Source: a virus
Length of the DNA: 32,000 nucleotides
Virus record (IMG/VR): IMGVR_UViG_3300050821_012719
Coordinates: 60,936-92,935 of that record
Strand: one strand, 5' to 3'
Part shown: in pieces, positions 1 to 7,767 of the stretch
Layout: each line of letters opens with the position of its first letter
Numbering within the stretch: the stretch's first letter is position 1
Position numbers and translations under genes: made by a program
Notes under the pieces: generated by a model
Told to the model about the DNA's origin: nothing
Database searches by the model: none
The model's input: only the letters and a program-made list of their open reading frames with translations

Positions 1-600
1 GTACTCGCCCGGGATGGGCTCGTAGACCTTGGGGATGATGGCCTGGAGCGCCACCTTCGTGTCGCAGACGTAGCCCTCGAAAGGCAGCGCGCCGACCTCA
101 GCGCAGACGCGGGCGAAGGCATCGACGAGAGGACGGGAGTCCAGGCGACGGTACCGGTCGGAGAGAAAGCCGCGGACCTCGGTGCCGACGGACCGGAGCA
201 GGGCCTTCTCGTCCACGTGATGGAAGATCTCGGTGAAGTTCTCTGCGAGGAGCTCACGACCCCAGTCGGTTCCCATGAGCTTGTCGGCGAAGGCCATCGG
301 GATGCCGGCCTTCGTCGCCGCCTGCTGGAGCGCGTTGCGGTGCAGGAGTTCGTACGTCGTCTCGCGTTTGTCCTTGGTGCCGGGCAGCTTCACGACGAGA
401 CGTTGCTGCTGCTCGTCGACCTTGAAGACCAGCTTGGGGATCTTCACGATGCGGTCGACCGGCTGAAGCGACTGCACGTACTCGACCACCTGCTTCGCAC
501 GCAGGCGACCGTAATTGATGAGCTCCTCGATCCTCGCCTTGGCGTATGCTTCCACGTTCGGGAAGTCGGTGATTCTCAGCCTAGATCTGAATGGATCCAT
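1..600 (-). CDS. hypothetical protein, N-terminal 200 aa only (gene runs off left edge); weak resemblance to DUF932-type phage/plasmid proteins
   Basis: Absent from the supplied track because it has no stop inside the window. Hand translation of the minus strand from ATG 600..598 is open all the way to position 1: MDPFRSRLRITDFPNVEAYAKARIEELINYGRL...LHRNALQQAATKAGIPMAFADKL...VRGFLSDRYRRLDSRPLVDAFARVCAEVGALPFEGYVCDTKVALQAIIPKVYEPIPGEY. GGAGG lies 5 nt upstream of the ATG. The ATG follows the stop of the upstream gene by 2 nt. Composition is normal and third positions are G/C-rich. The family guess rests only on the LSDRYrrLD-type block. Confidence 0.6.
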   Translation of the reverse strand, partial: MDPFRSRLRITDFPNVEAYAKARIEELINYGRLRAKQVVEYVQSLQPVDRIVKIPKLVFKVDEQQQRLVVKLPGTKDKRETTYELLHRNALQQAATKAGIPMAFADKLMGTDWGRELLAENFTEIFHHVDEKALLRSVGTEVRGFLSDRYRRLDSRPLVDAFARVCAEVGALPFEGYVCDTKVALQAIIPKVYEPIPGEY

Positions 601-602
601 GT

Positions 603-1397
603 CTACCTCCTGCCCGTGATGGGCGTGAGCACTCGTGTCTGTCGTTCGACGGGTGGATTGCAAGTCCACGCGTACTGGCACCACTGGCAGCTCATGCTGA
701 CCTCTGGATCGGGCAGCTTTCCCTGCTCAGCGAAGTCAAGAGACATCCGAGCTCTCGCCTCCAAGCGAGCCCAGATGGTGTGATCGAAGCGAACGAGGTA
801 AGGCTTGAGCGACGGCGTGAACTGCTCCTTGCCCTTGTTCCAATAGAGGAACCAGACCAAGGGCAGGTCAAGTGCCGCCATGTACAAGTGTGCTTGCTGG
901 ACGTGCTTCTCTTCTGGAGCCTTGAGCTTGGCGTACTCCTCCGGGCTCTTGCTCTTGAGCTCTACTCCAACGCGCACGAGAGGAAGCTGGTTCTCCCAGA
1001 AGGTGAAGGTGCCGTCGCAGCTCGAGGCCAGGCAGAGCTCACGTCCGAGAGGAGTGTCCTGGACGCGGACCTCCTTCTCGAACGTGAGCCGCCCGTTGCT
1101 CCTGGCTGCCATCATGGCGAAGTGGGTCTGGAGCATGTCGTGAAGGGCGTGACCCACCTGGAACTTCTTGCGCCACATTCGATCTACCAGCCCCCTCTTC
1201 GGGGTCTGCCAGAGCGTGTAGACGACTTGGCGCATGCAGGTGTTGAGCTCAGTGGCGTGAACACCAGGCTCTCGATCCTCCCCGTTTTCGGGGAAGTCAT
1301 CGAGGAAGGAGTCGTAGAGCTTCGAGAGTTCCTGAGCTAGGCCCTCAAGCGCCAGAGCTCCCTGTACTTCCAGATCCGCGATTGACGTTAGCTTCAT
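603..1397 (-). CDS. Cas4/RecB-family PD-(D/E)XK exonuclease with 4-Cys cluster (264 aa)
   Basis: Track ORF 603..1817 trimmed to the internal ATG at 1397 (GGAG 6 nt upstream). The discarded 140 N-terminal residues are Arg/Ser/Pro-rich and overlap the better ORF 1345..1878. Motifs: N-terminal Cys (ELNTCMRQ), SSCDGTF ... VGVELKS (D...ExK), QQAHLYM (QxxxY), C-terminal CQWCQYAWTC (CxxCx5C). Confidence 0.75.
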   Translation of the reverse strand: MKLTSIADLEVQGALALEGLAQELSKLYDSFLDDFPENGEDREPGVHATELNTCMRQVVYTLWQTPKRGLVDRMWRKKFQVGHALHDMLQTHFAMMAARSNGRLTFEKEVRVQDTPLGRELCLASSCDGTFTFWENQLPLVRVGVELKSKSPEEYAKLKAPEEKHVQQAHLYMAALDLPLVWFLYWNKGKEQFTPSLKPYLVRFDHTIWARLEARARMSLDFAEQGKLPDPEVSMSCQWCQYAWTCNPPVERQTRVLTPITGRR

Positions 1398-1878
1398 GCC
1401 AGTCTCCGTACGGTTGGAGAACCCACTTGTCCTCCTCCCGGAGTGTGGCTGGGTTGACGAACGTGATGATGAACGCGGGCTTCTCTTGGAACGAACACTC
1501 GCCGCGGATCTTGTCCAGTTCCTTGCGAGTGACGTGGTACGACTTCGTCTTGGTGGTCTTGGCCTCGATGCGGTGCTCGCCTCTCTTGCGAACGTCACCC
1601 TTGGCCCATGGCAAGGCACCGGAGTTCTTCTGCGCCTTGCCTCCGATGTCCTCGGCGATCTGAATCTCCGTCCTCCGAGCCCTCTTGCGCATCTGCTGTG
1701 AAGGTGGTCGAGCTCCAGGCTTCGGAGGTTCGTAGCTGAGAATCGCTTGGTAGGTCTTCTCAGAAGCGTTCCCATCGAGCTCGATGGGACCGATGGTGTC
1801 GTTGGCCTCTCCCCCAAAGACGTCGAGGAAGAGCTGTCCGTCCTGGAACCTGGGCACGAACGTCAGCGATAGGTGCAC
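1345..1878 (-). CDS. small nuclease-like protein (possible Hjc/VRR-NUC-type PD-(D/E)XK fold)
   Basis: 177-aa ORF of normal composition. WAKGDVRKRGEHRIEAKTTKTKSYHVTRKELDKIRGECSFQEKPAFIITF reads as a D...ExK core followed by a hydrophobic strand, as in small resolvase-type nucleases. It overlaps the RecA-like gene by 16 nt and the Cas4-like gene by 53 nt. Its low-complexity tail (GSGSTGSSGA) lies in the second overlap. The function call is tentative. Confidence 0.5.
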   Translation of the reverse strand: MHLSLTFVPRFQDGQLFLDVFGGEANDTIGPIELDGNASEKTYQAILSYEPPKPGARPPSQQMRKRARRTEIQIAEDIGGKAQKNSGALPWAKGDVRKRGEHRIEAKTTKTKSYHVTRKELDKIRGECSFQEKPAFIITFVNPATLREEDKWVLQPYGDWHEANVNRGSGSTGSSGA

Positions 1879-3062
1879 ATCTTCCCCGCTGCGGCCAAGA
1901 TCTCCATTCGGAGCGAGAGCTCGAACTCGATGTCCTGCATGCGTTCGACGAACTTGTCCCGCCCGGCGATGCCCGCCTCGAGGACATCACCGTTCTCCGG
2001 ACGCAAGATGGAGAAGACCCCCTTCTCCTCCTTCAACACGCCGAGACGAAGTCCTTCCTGGATGACTGTGGCCGGGGAGTCCAAGAGGTTCTCGTATGTG
2101 AACTCCGTCTCACCACGGATGCCGTCGTGGGTGCCCGCCTTGCCCTTGAGGGTCTCCCAGTTCAGCATGCGGCCGATCTGCTTGCCCTTGGCCTCACCCT
2201 TCGTCTCCTTGAGCTTCTCGGTCGGCCAGAGCGTCAAGCCGATCAAGCGCGCGTGCCGCATCGCCCAAGGCAGCGTCTCGGCATACGGCTTGAGGTACTT
2301 CTGCATCGGACCAGGTGCGTTGGCGCGCTCGCGGTTCGCACGAACCTGACCCGTCGCGATGAGCGCCGTCGGATTCAATCCATCCATGCCCATCGTGAGC
2401 GGATGGAACTTGTGGCAGAACTTCGTGAGCACCGTCGCCTGCTGTCCCTGCTGGAAGCTGTCGCCGATGCTGTCGGTCTCGGCTTCCGCGTCGGAGATGA
2501 AGGAGTTGATGCCGTCCACTCCGATGATGCCGAAGGCCTTCGAGGCGTAGCACTCCAGGACCGCGTCGAAGAGCTTCTCACCCGTGTCTCCACGGATGAT
2601 GACGAACTCGCCGACCTGCGTCTTGAACCCGCGAATCTCCTCCTTCGTGTAGAGGGGCATCCCGCGGTTCTCACGAATCTCCTGCGCCTTGTCGATCATC
2701 TCGTCGGGGATGGCGATCTGCATGCCGCAGTGACGCATGAAGAAGTAGTCCGGAAGAAACTCGGCCGCCGCGAAGCCTATCGTCGAGTAGTTCCCGAAGA
2801 TGCGCTGGTGCATCCCCATCGTCAGGTACATCAACGCCGTCTTGCCGGCGCCGTCGGGACCTGTGATGGTGCTCATTCCCCCAGCCGGGAAGCCACCGCC
2901 AATGTCGATGTCCAAGGACATGCACCCGGTCGGGTACCGCATGAAGTACGGGTTCGGGACCGCCGACCCATGCTGGATGACCGGCCTGCCAGCGTCACTG
3001 TTGATCTTGTTCATCAACGCCTGGAGAATCTTCTTCTTGTCGGCGAGATCTGCTTTGGCCAT
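1863..3062 (-). CDS. RecA/UvsX-like recombination ATPase (399 aa)
   Basis: LDIDIGGGFPAGGMSTITGPDGAGKTAL (RecA-type L-D-x-x-L-G-GG plus Walker A) and IIGVDGINS (Walker B-like). The track start is 3092. I prefer ATG 3062 (MAKADLADKKK) because GAGGAA sits 5 nt upstream, whereas the ATG at 3092 lies inside a hairpin and has no SD. Confidence 0.8.
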   Translation of the reverse strand: MAKADLADKKKILQALMNKINSDAGRPVIQHGSAVPNPYFMRYPTGCMSLDIDIGGGFPAGGMSTITGPDGAGKTALMYLTMGMHQRIFGNYSTIGFAAAEFLPDYFFMRHCGMQIAIPDEMIDKAQEIRENRGMPLYTKEEIRGFKTQVGEFVIIRGDTGEKLFDAVLECYASKAFGIIGVDGINSFISDAEAETDSIGDSFQQGQQATVLTKFCHKFHPLTMGMDGLNPTALIATGQVRANRERANAPGPMQKYLKPYAETLPWAMRHARLIGLTLWPTEKLKETKGEAKGKQIGRMLNWETLKGKAGTHDGIRGETEFTYENLLDSPATVIQEGLRLGVLKEEKGVFSILRPENGDVLEAGIAGRDKFVERMQDIEFELSLRMEILAAAGKMCTYR

Positions 3063-3090
3063 AGATTCCTCAGAGGTAAAGAGAGCCGAC

Positions 3091-3111
3091 ATGCCTCACT
3101 TAGTGAGGCAT
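3091..3111 (-). other. 9-bp perfect hairpin ATGCCTCAC-tta-GTGAGGCAT in the leader of the RecA-like gene
   Basis: Read directly from the sequence. On the minus strand it is followed by GTCGGCTCTCTTTACC, a weak U-tract. It lies between conserved element copy D and the SD of the RecA-like gene. It could be an attenuator, a weak terminator or a protein-binding site. Confidence 0.35.
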
Positions 3112-3115
3112 GTGG

Positions 3116-3150
3116 CCCTGCGCTTTCTTGTTCCCGGAGAGGGAAGCTAC
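3116..3150 (-). promoter_or_regulatory. conserved leftward element, copy D (weakest copy)
   Basis: Minus strand 5'-GTAGCTTCCCTCTCCGGGAACAAGAAAGCGCAGGG-3'. It shares the CCGGGAA-AAGAA...C-CAGG core with copies at 9172..9205, 14483..14516 and 25029..25060. It sits 53 nt upstream of ATG 3062. Confidence 0.35.
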
Positions 3151-3524
3151 TTGCTCTTCTTCTCGAAGGGCTCGGTGCCACAGTTCGGACAGGTCAAGAT
3201 CTGACCGTGACGCTCGACCTTCGCTCCGCACTGAGGGCAACCCTCGCTCGCCGCCTTCTCCAGATCCTGCTGATTCACTCCCTCATCGACTCCGAGCTTC
3301 TCCATGGCAATCTCCTTGAGCAGTGAGTGTAGCCTGGGACTCTTGCGAAAACGTATCTTCAGCCCGTCTCGGGTGAACTCCCCAAGCCCATCCACGTAGA
3401 GGTGTCCGTACCGCGCGATGTGCCTTGCGGCCATGCGCAAGAAGGCGGTGGTGACCAAGGAGACCTGGCTCTGATGGATGCCTAGGATGGCGGCCACCTG
3501 GGCATCGATCGAGCGCTTGGTCAC
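3147..3524 (-). CDS. HU/IHF-like DNA-binding domain fused to a C-terminal zinc ribbon (125 aa)
   Basis: The N-terminus MTKRSIDAQVAAILGIHQSQVSLVTTAFLRMAARHIARYGHLYVDGLGEFTRDGLKIRFRKSP follows the HU/IHF pattern (MTK..l...ia......v..v...f...i...l..G..V.l.GlG.F). The C-terminus is CPQCGAKVERHGQILTCPNCG (CxxC-x11-CxxC). GTG start with GGAGG 8 nt upstream; it overlaps the polymerase stop by 1 nt. Confidence 0.6.
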   Translation of the reverse strand: MTKRSIDAQVAAILGIHQSQVSLVTTAFLRMAARHIARYGHLYVDGLGEFTRDGLKIRFRKSPRLHSLLKEIAMEKLGVDEGVNQQDLEKAASEGCPQCGAKVERHGQILTCPNCGTEPFEKKSK

Positions 3525-5491
3525 TACTTCGCCTCCATCCAGTTGTCGCCCTGACCGATGGCCGCGATGAGCGGCACAGCCAGGTCCCTGTCGAATGGAT
3601 GCTCCATCATGTCCTTGATGATGGGTATGCAGACGGGCACGGTCTCTTCGGCGCTCTCGAACACGAGCTCGTCGTGGACCTGGTTGAGCATGAAGCAGCC
3701 GTACTCGTCATCGAGGTTTGCAGCATCGATGTTGATCATGGCCACCTTCATGATGTCAGCCGCCGTGCCTTGGATCTCGTTGTTCACAGCCTTGCGCTCT
3801 GCTTCCCAGCGCTCGAGGTTGTTCATCGAGACGATCTCGGGATGGAAGCGACGTCGGCCGAGGATGGTGAAGGAGTAGCCGCACCCGCGTGCAGCTTCGA
3901 TGGCGCTCGCGTAGAAGTGCGAGACCGCCGGATACCGAGCCATGTACTGCTCGATGAGGAGCTTGGCTTCAGCCTTGGTCTTCTTGAGCTGACGGGCGAG
4001 CTTGCCCTCCTTCATGCCGTAGTTCAGACCGAAGCCGATGGCCTTGGCCCCATACCGAGCATCCAGGCAGCGCATGACGTATTCGGTGAGGGCGGACTCT
4101 GGAAGCTTGCCGTCCTTCACTTGCTTGTCGACCTTCTTGGCCTTCACCAGATCTTCGTACGGAATGTCGAAGACCAGGCTGGCGTTACCCATGTGGATGT
4201 CCTTGCCGTCGAGGAAGAGTTGGATCATATCCCTCTCCCCTTCAGGGTGCTCTCTGGACACCGTCGCCGCTGCGAGGAGCCGCATCTCTAGTTGTTCTTG
4301 GTCGGCCACGATGAGCTTGTTGCCTCGCTCATGGATGAACGACTTGCGGATCTTGAAGCGGTCCGTCTCCGGCTTGGGCAGGTTCTGGAACTGGATGTCG
4401 GACGTCGAGAGGCGGCCTGTGCGGGCCACGTCCTGGTTGAAGTGCGTGTGGACGCGGCCATCTTGGTCCAGACCCCCCAGGATGCCGTCGATGTACGTGC
4501 CCTTGAGTTTGTCGAGGTCACGTAGATCGATCATCAACAGAGCAACAGGGTCCTCGAACTCCTCCGCCAACCACTCGATGACCTCGACGTCTGTGGATTC
4601 CTTCTTGATGCCGCTCTTGCCTCCCTTCGTCATCTTCTTCGAGGGGTATCCCTTCTCCCTGAAGAAGTAGTCCCTGAGCTGGTCTGTGCTCTTGGGATTG
4701 ATGACGCGGCCAGCGATGTGGTTGATCTTGCGTAGGATGTCGTTGATCTCACTCGTTGCCGGCCCTTCGAGGGTACGAAGGTACGGCTCATCGATGTACA
4801 TCCCACGACGCTCGCACTTCCAGAGCACGCGCGTGAACGGCGACTCGAGTTTGAAGAAGTAGTCGGCAAGCGTGGAGTACTTCTCCGGGTAGAGGCTCCA
4901 GGTGTTGGCCTCCTCGAGCTCCTTCTTCAGCTTCTCGAAGAGGCAGATCGTGCCGTACGCGTCGTTCGACGCGTACTCGACAAGGCGGGGGAGCTCCTGC
5001 TTCTCGAGCCGTGTGAGGAACGCATGCGGACCTTCTTCCCTGAACCCCTTCTTGAAGTCGTCCTTCCAGGCCCACCCGAGGATGTGGTTGGCCATGTACT
5101 CGAGCTTGTGTGGCGCCTCCTCGTAGAGAAGGGCGTGCATGACTGAGCAGTCGTAGATGCGCCCACCGAGCGTGATGCCGGTGTTGAAGAGCATGTGCAT
5201 GTCGAACTTCGCGTTCACCAGCGCCCATCCTCGATCTGCATCCTCGAGCACGGACTTGAAGAATGGCAGGACGTCAGCACGCAGGCACGCACGGCGATGG
5301 AAGCCTGGCTTGTCCTTGTTCTCCCAGGACAGAGACCAGTACAGCGTGAAGTCCTTCATGTAGTTCAAGCCGGTGGTCTCCGTGTCGATGGAGACGGTCC
5401 GGTGATCTGCAACTTCTCGTATCAGACTCTCGATGCCAGGAGTGTCTCTCGTGAACCACTCTGCGTCTGGCATCTGAATGTTCCAGGACAT
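3524..5491 (-). CDS. family A DNA polymerase with 3'-5' exonuclease domain (655 aa)
   Basis: Exo I VSIDTETTGL; motif A LIVADQEQLEMRLLA; motif B RYGAKAIGFGLNYGM; motif C LNQVHDELVFE. ATG with GGAGG 4 nt upstream. Confidence 0.95.
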   Translation of the reverse strand: MSWNIQMPDAEWFTRDTPGIESLIREVADHRTVSIDTETTGLNYMKDFTLYWSLSWENKDKPGFHRRACLRADVLPFFKSVLEDADRGWALVNAKFDMHMLFNTGITLGGRIYDCSVMHALLYEEAPHKLEYMANHILGWAWKDDFKKGFREEGPHAFLTRLEKQELPRLVEYASNDAYGTICLFEKLKKELEEANTWSLYPEKYSTLADYFFKLESPFTRVLWKCERRGMYIDEPYLRTLEGPATSEINDILRKINHIAGRVINPKSTDQLRDYFFREKGYPSKKMTKGGKSGIKKESTDVEVIEWLAEEFEDPVALLMIDLRDLDKLKGTYIDGILGGLDQDGRVHTHFNQDVARTGRLSTSDIQFQNLPKPETDRFKIRKSFIHERGNKLIVADQEQLEMRLLAAATVSREHPEGERDMIQLFLDGKDIHMGNASLVFDIPYEDLVKAKKVDKQVKDGKLPESALTEYVMRCLDARYGAKAIGFGLNYGMKEGKLARQLKKTKAEAKLLIEQYMARYPAVSHFYASAIEAARGCGYSFTILGRRRFHPEIVSMNNLERWEAERKAVNNEIQGTAADIMKVAMINIDAANLDDEYGCFMLNQVHDELVFESAEETVPVCIPIIKDMMEHPFDRDLAVPLIAAIGQGDNWMEAK

Positions 5492-5498
5492 GATGCCT

Positions 5499-5540
5499 CC
5501 AAAGAAAAAGACCCTCCCGCCGAAGCGGGAGGGTCTTTCA
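5499..5540 (-). terminator. rho-independent terminator (minus strand)
   Basis: Perfect 14-bp stem, 5507..5520 aaagaccctcccgc pairing with 5525..5538 gcgggagggtcttt, and loop cgaa. On the minus strand it is followed by UUUUUCUUUGG. It lies 6 nt after the stop of ORF 5546..6787. Confidence 0.85.
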
Positions 5541-5545
5541 TGAGC

Positions 5546-6787
5546 TCAGCGACTCTGCTGTCCGCCGCCAGCCTGGTACTGCCGGAAGCCCGAGTTCGGA
5601 GTGACCGGAGTTCTCGTCAGGCCCTGCTGCGTGCCGGGGTTCACCTGCACCGGCTGACCCTGAGCAGGAGTGTTCTCCATGCCGAACTGGCGCTGCTGGT
5701 ACTCGATGGTCGACGGAGCGTAGATCTTGGGCAGGTCGAGAGGCTTGGCAATCTCCGCGAACCGCGGGTCGATGGCACAGGCCTCCGTCCAGTCCGAGAC
5801 GATGAGCTGCGTCTGCTTCGAGTCCCCGGCGCCGGATGCCACGCGCTTGACGTGCATGTTCACGTCGAAGATCGTGGCGCGTTCCGGCGTCCCGCAACCC
5901 GAGCACTGGAAGACCTCGTTGAGGAATCCGGACTGCTTGCAGTGCGGGCAGGTCACCGGGGCGCTGATGACCTTCATGATGTCCTCGTCCTTGAGCGTTG
6001 TATCGGCCATGTCGATGACGGCCTCACCGCACTCCGGGTTGGAGCAGACCCAGGCCAGGGATGCGATGCTGCTCTTCTGCTTGCAGACCCGGCAGCCGTT
6101 GCCGATGGCGGCGGCGTAGGCCGTCGTCATCGCCTTCCAGTGGGAGTAGCTCATCTCCCACTTGAGCACGCGAGCCTCCACCGTCTCCACCTTCTGAGGG
6201 CAGATCGGGCATCCACGTCCCTCACAGGGCACCCACTCGTGGTACGCCTCGCCCTTGTCGTTGGTGCGCACCTGGCCGGTCTGGCGGTCGATCTGCTGGA
6301 TCTTGTGGTACGGGTTGAAGTGCAGGGCGTTGAAGGCGTACTTGTCCTGCTTGCTCACGCGGCTCTTGCGACGGCCGTTCGCATCCTTCTGTTTGTCCAT
6401 CGTCGAGAAGAACAGATCGCAGCCCAGGCAGGGCTCACGGGCGTCTCGGAAGTTGTGGTAGACGCCGCCTGAGCAGAGGGCCGAACGTTCGTTGCGACCG
6501 TCGTAGTGCTCGATGTACGGCCAGTACTCGAGGATGTACTTGTACGGGTTCTTCTGCCCGTCGCAGCCCACGTACTCGTACGCGCCGGGAATCAGCCGCA
6601 CCAGGTCGAAGCTGGACGGCGACTGCGTCGGCTTGTAGACGTCCGAGAAGCGAGCACCACCACCTCCGCGGCGTTGGCGCTGCTCCCCCGAGTTGCGCAT
6701 GAGGAACGCGTTCCTCTGCTGGAACGACGTGTTGGCCCCGAACGGGCTGACGACGTTGAGCTTATCCGTGTCCTTGCCGAATGCCAT
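5546..6787 (-). CDS. putative ssDNA-binding protein, T4 gp32-like core with extra Cys-rich (Zn-ribbon) insertions (413 aa)
   Basis: It sits between primase and polymerase. FDLVRLIPG...YIEHY...LCSGGVYHNFRDAREPCLGCD...KQDKYAFNALHF parallels the gp32 order (IRFLPS...H...C...CPVC...KTSYWANIL). There are additional CxxC pairs (CPICPQ, CRVCKQ, CSNPEC, CPHCKQ, CSGCG) and a Q/G-rich tail. AAGGAG SD. The gene ends at a strong terminator. The function is inferred from pattern and position only. Confidence 0.5.
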   Translation of the reverse strand: MAFGKDTDKLNVVSPFGANTSFQQRNAFLMRNSGEQRQRRGGGGARFSDVYKPTQSPSSFDLVRLIPGAYEYVGCDGQKNPYKYILEYWPYIEHYDGRNERSALCSGGVYHNFRDAREPCLGCDLFFSTMDKQKDANGRRKSRVSKQDKYAFNALHFNPYHKIQQIDRQTGQVRTNDKGEAYHEWVPCEGRGCPICPQKVETVEARVLKWEMSYSHWKAMTTAYAAAIGNGCRVCKQKSSIASLAWVCSNPECGEAVIDMADTTLKDEDIMKVISAPVTCPHCKQSGFLNEVFQCSGCGTPERATIFDVNMHVKRVASGAGDSKQTQLIVSDWTEACAIDPRFAEIAKPLDLPKIYAPSTIEYQQRQFGMENTPAQGQPVQVNPGTQQGLTRTPVTPNSGFRQYQAGGGQQSR

Positions 6788-6789
6788 GA

Positions 6790-7767
6790 TCAGACTCCTT
6801 GGAGTATCCAGCGGTAGTAATCGACTGCGTTGTTGACAGCGGTGTGTAGTTCAGCGGTGGTTAGATCGGTTGGTTGATGGCCTTCATACCTGATGATGCG
6901 AACGCTAAGAGATGAGGCGAGGCTCTTGGAGACCCAGTGGTAGGCCTTGTGGCCCGCCTTGTCGTTGTCGAAGAAGAGGTACACAGTACCTCCGATCCGC
7001 TCGAGAATCATCTTCTGTCTGGGGGAAAGATACGACCCCATCAAGGCGATGGTCTCGTAGTAGCCGGCCTGCCAAAGCCACATCACGCTCTTGAAACCCT
7101 CGACCATGATGATCTCGGGCTCCTTGGTGAAGTAGGCCTTCGGATAGACCTTGTCGATGTTCCAGATGAGGTCAGCCTTGTCCGTGCTCTTGGACGGTAG
7201 CTCCCAAGCCTCGTACTCCTCCTTGGAGTAGATCTTGTACTTGGCTGGATGGTCGTCCGTGGCACGGCCGCTGAAGCCCACCAGCCTCCCCAGCATGTCG
7301 CGCAAGGGGTACGTGATGCGGGCATTCTTCCGGTCGAAGCCGATGTCGAAGTGGCGCAGCGTCTCTTCGGAGAACCCCTCCTCGAGCAAGCCCGTGGGGC
7401 AGTAGTCGAAGAGACCGAGCACGCTCTCCGGTATCGGCTCCTCTCTGGGGTTGACGAAGAGCCGGTTCTTCTTCCGGTTCTTCCAGGAGGTGTTGTCGAG
7501 TGTTTCGAGTAGCGGTTTGTAGAACGTGTCGATGAGCAGTGGGGACGCTCCGACGTTCCGGAGGAACGATCGAAGATTCCCACGCTCACCGCATGCGTGA
7601 CAGAACCAAAGTCCTGTCAGGGTGTTCATCGCGAATGAGCCTCTGCGCTCGGGTGCTCCTCCCTTGGTGTGGAAGGGGCAGATCGCCATGATGTTCTCTG
7701 GACCGCTGGGCCTCACCTTCTGGAGATACTTCTCCGCGAGGCTCCGGAGCTCCAGGTTGAAGTTCAT
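6790..7767 (-). CDS. DnaG-type primase (CHC2 zinc finger + TOPRIM, 325 aa)
   Basis: CPFHTKGGAPERRGSFAMNTLTGLWFCHACGERG (CHC2); TOPRIM IIMVEGFKS and LFFDNDKAG. ATGA overlap with the helicase gene. Confidence 0.9.
   Translation of the reverse strand: MNFNLELRSLAEKYLQKVRPSGPENIMAICPFHTKGGAPERRGSFAMNTLTGLWFCHACGERGNLRSFLRNVGASPLLIDTFYKPLLETLDNTSWKNRKKNRLFVNPREEPIPESVLGLFDYCPTGLLEEGFSEETLRHFDIGFDRKNARITYPLRDMLGRLVGFSGRATDDHPAKYKIYSKEEYEAWELPSKSTDKADLIWNIDKVYPKAYFTKEPEIIMVEGFKSVMWLWQAGYYETIALMGSYLSPRQKMILERIGGTVYLFFDNDKAGHKAYHWVSKSLASSLSVRIIRYEGHQPTDLTTAELHTAVNNAVDYYRWILQGV

Noticed and set aside
1398-1817. N-terminal extensions of track ORFs (603..1817, 7764..9260, 13911..14645, 22271..23851, 14392..15102, 15056..16039, 9758..10081)
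   Set aside because: The extended parts are Arg/Ser/Pro-rich and overlap neighbouring real genes or intergenic control regions. They lack an SD, whereas internal ATGs with good GGAG-type SDs give proteins that start where the homology starts.
2127-3326. Long plus-strand ORFs opposite the replication genes (2127..3326, 3599..4291, 5195..6472, 8214..8771, 11000..12028, 12082..12789) and opposite the cassette (21693..21998, 22562..23611)
   Set aside because: Each lies antisense to a domain-bearing minus-strand gene. They are Arg/Leu/His/Val-rich with no SD and no motifs. They are open frames produced by high GC content.
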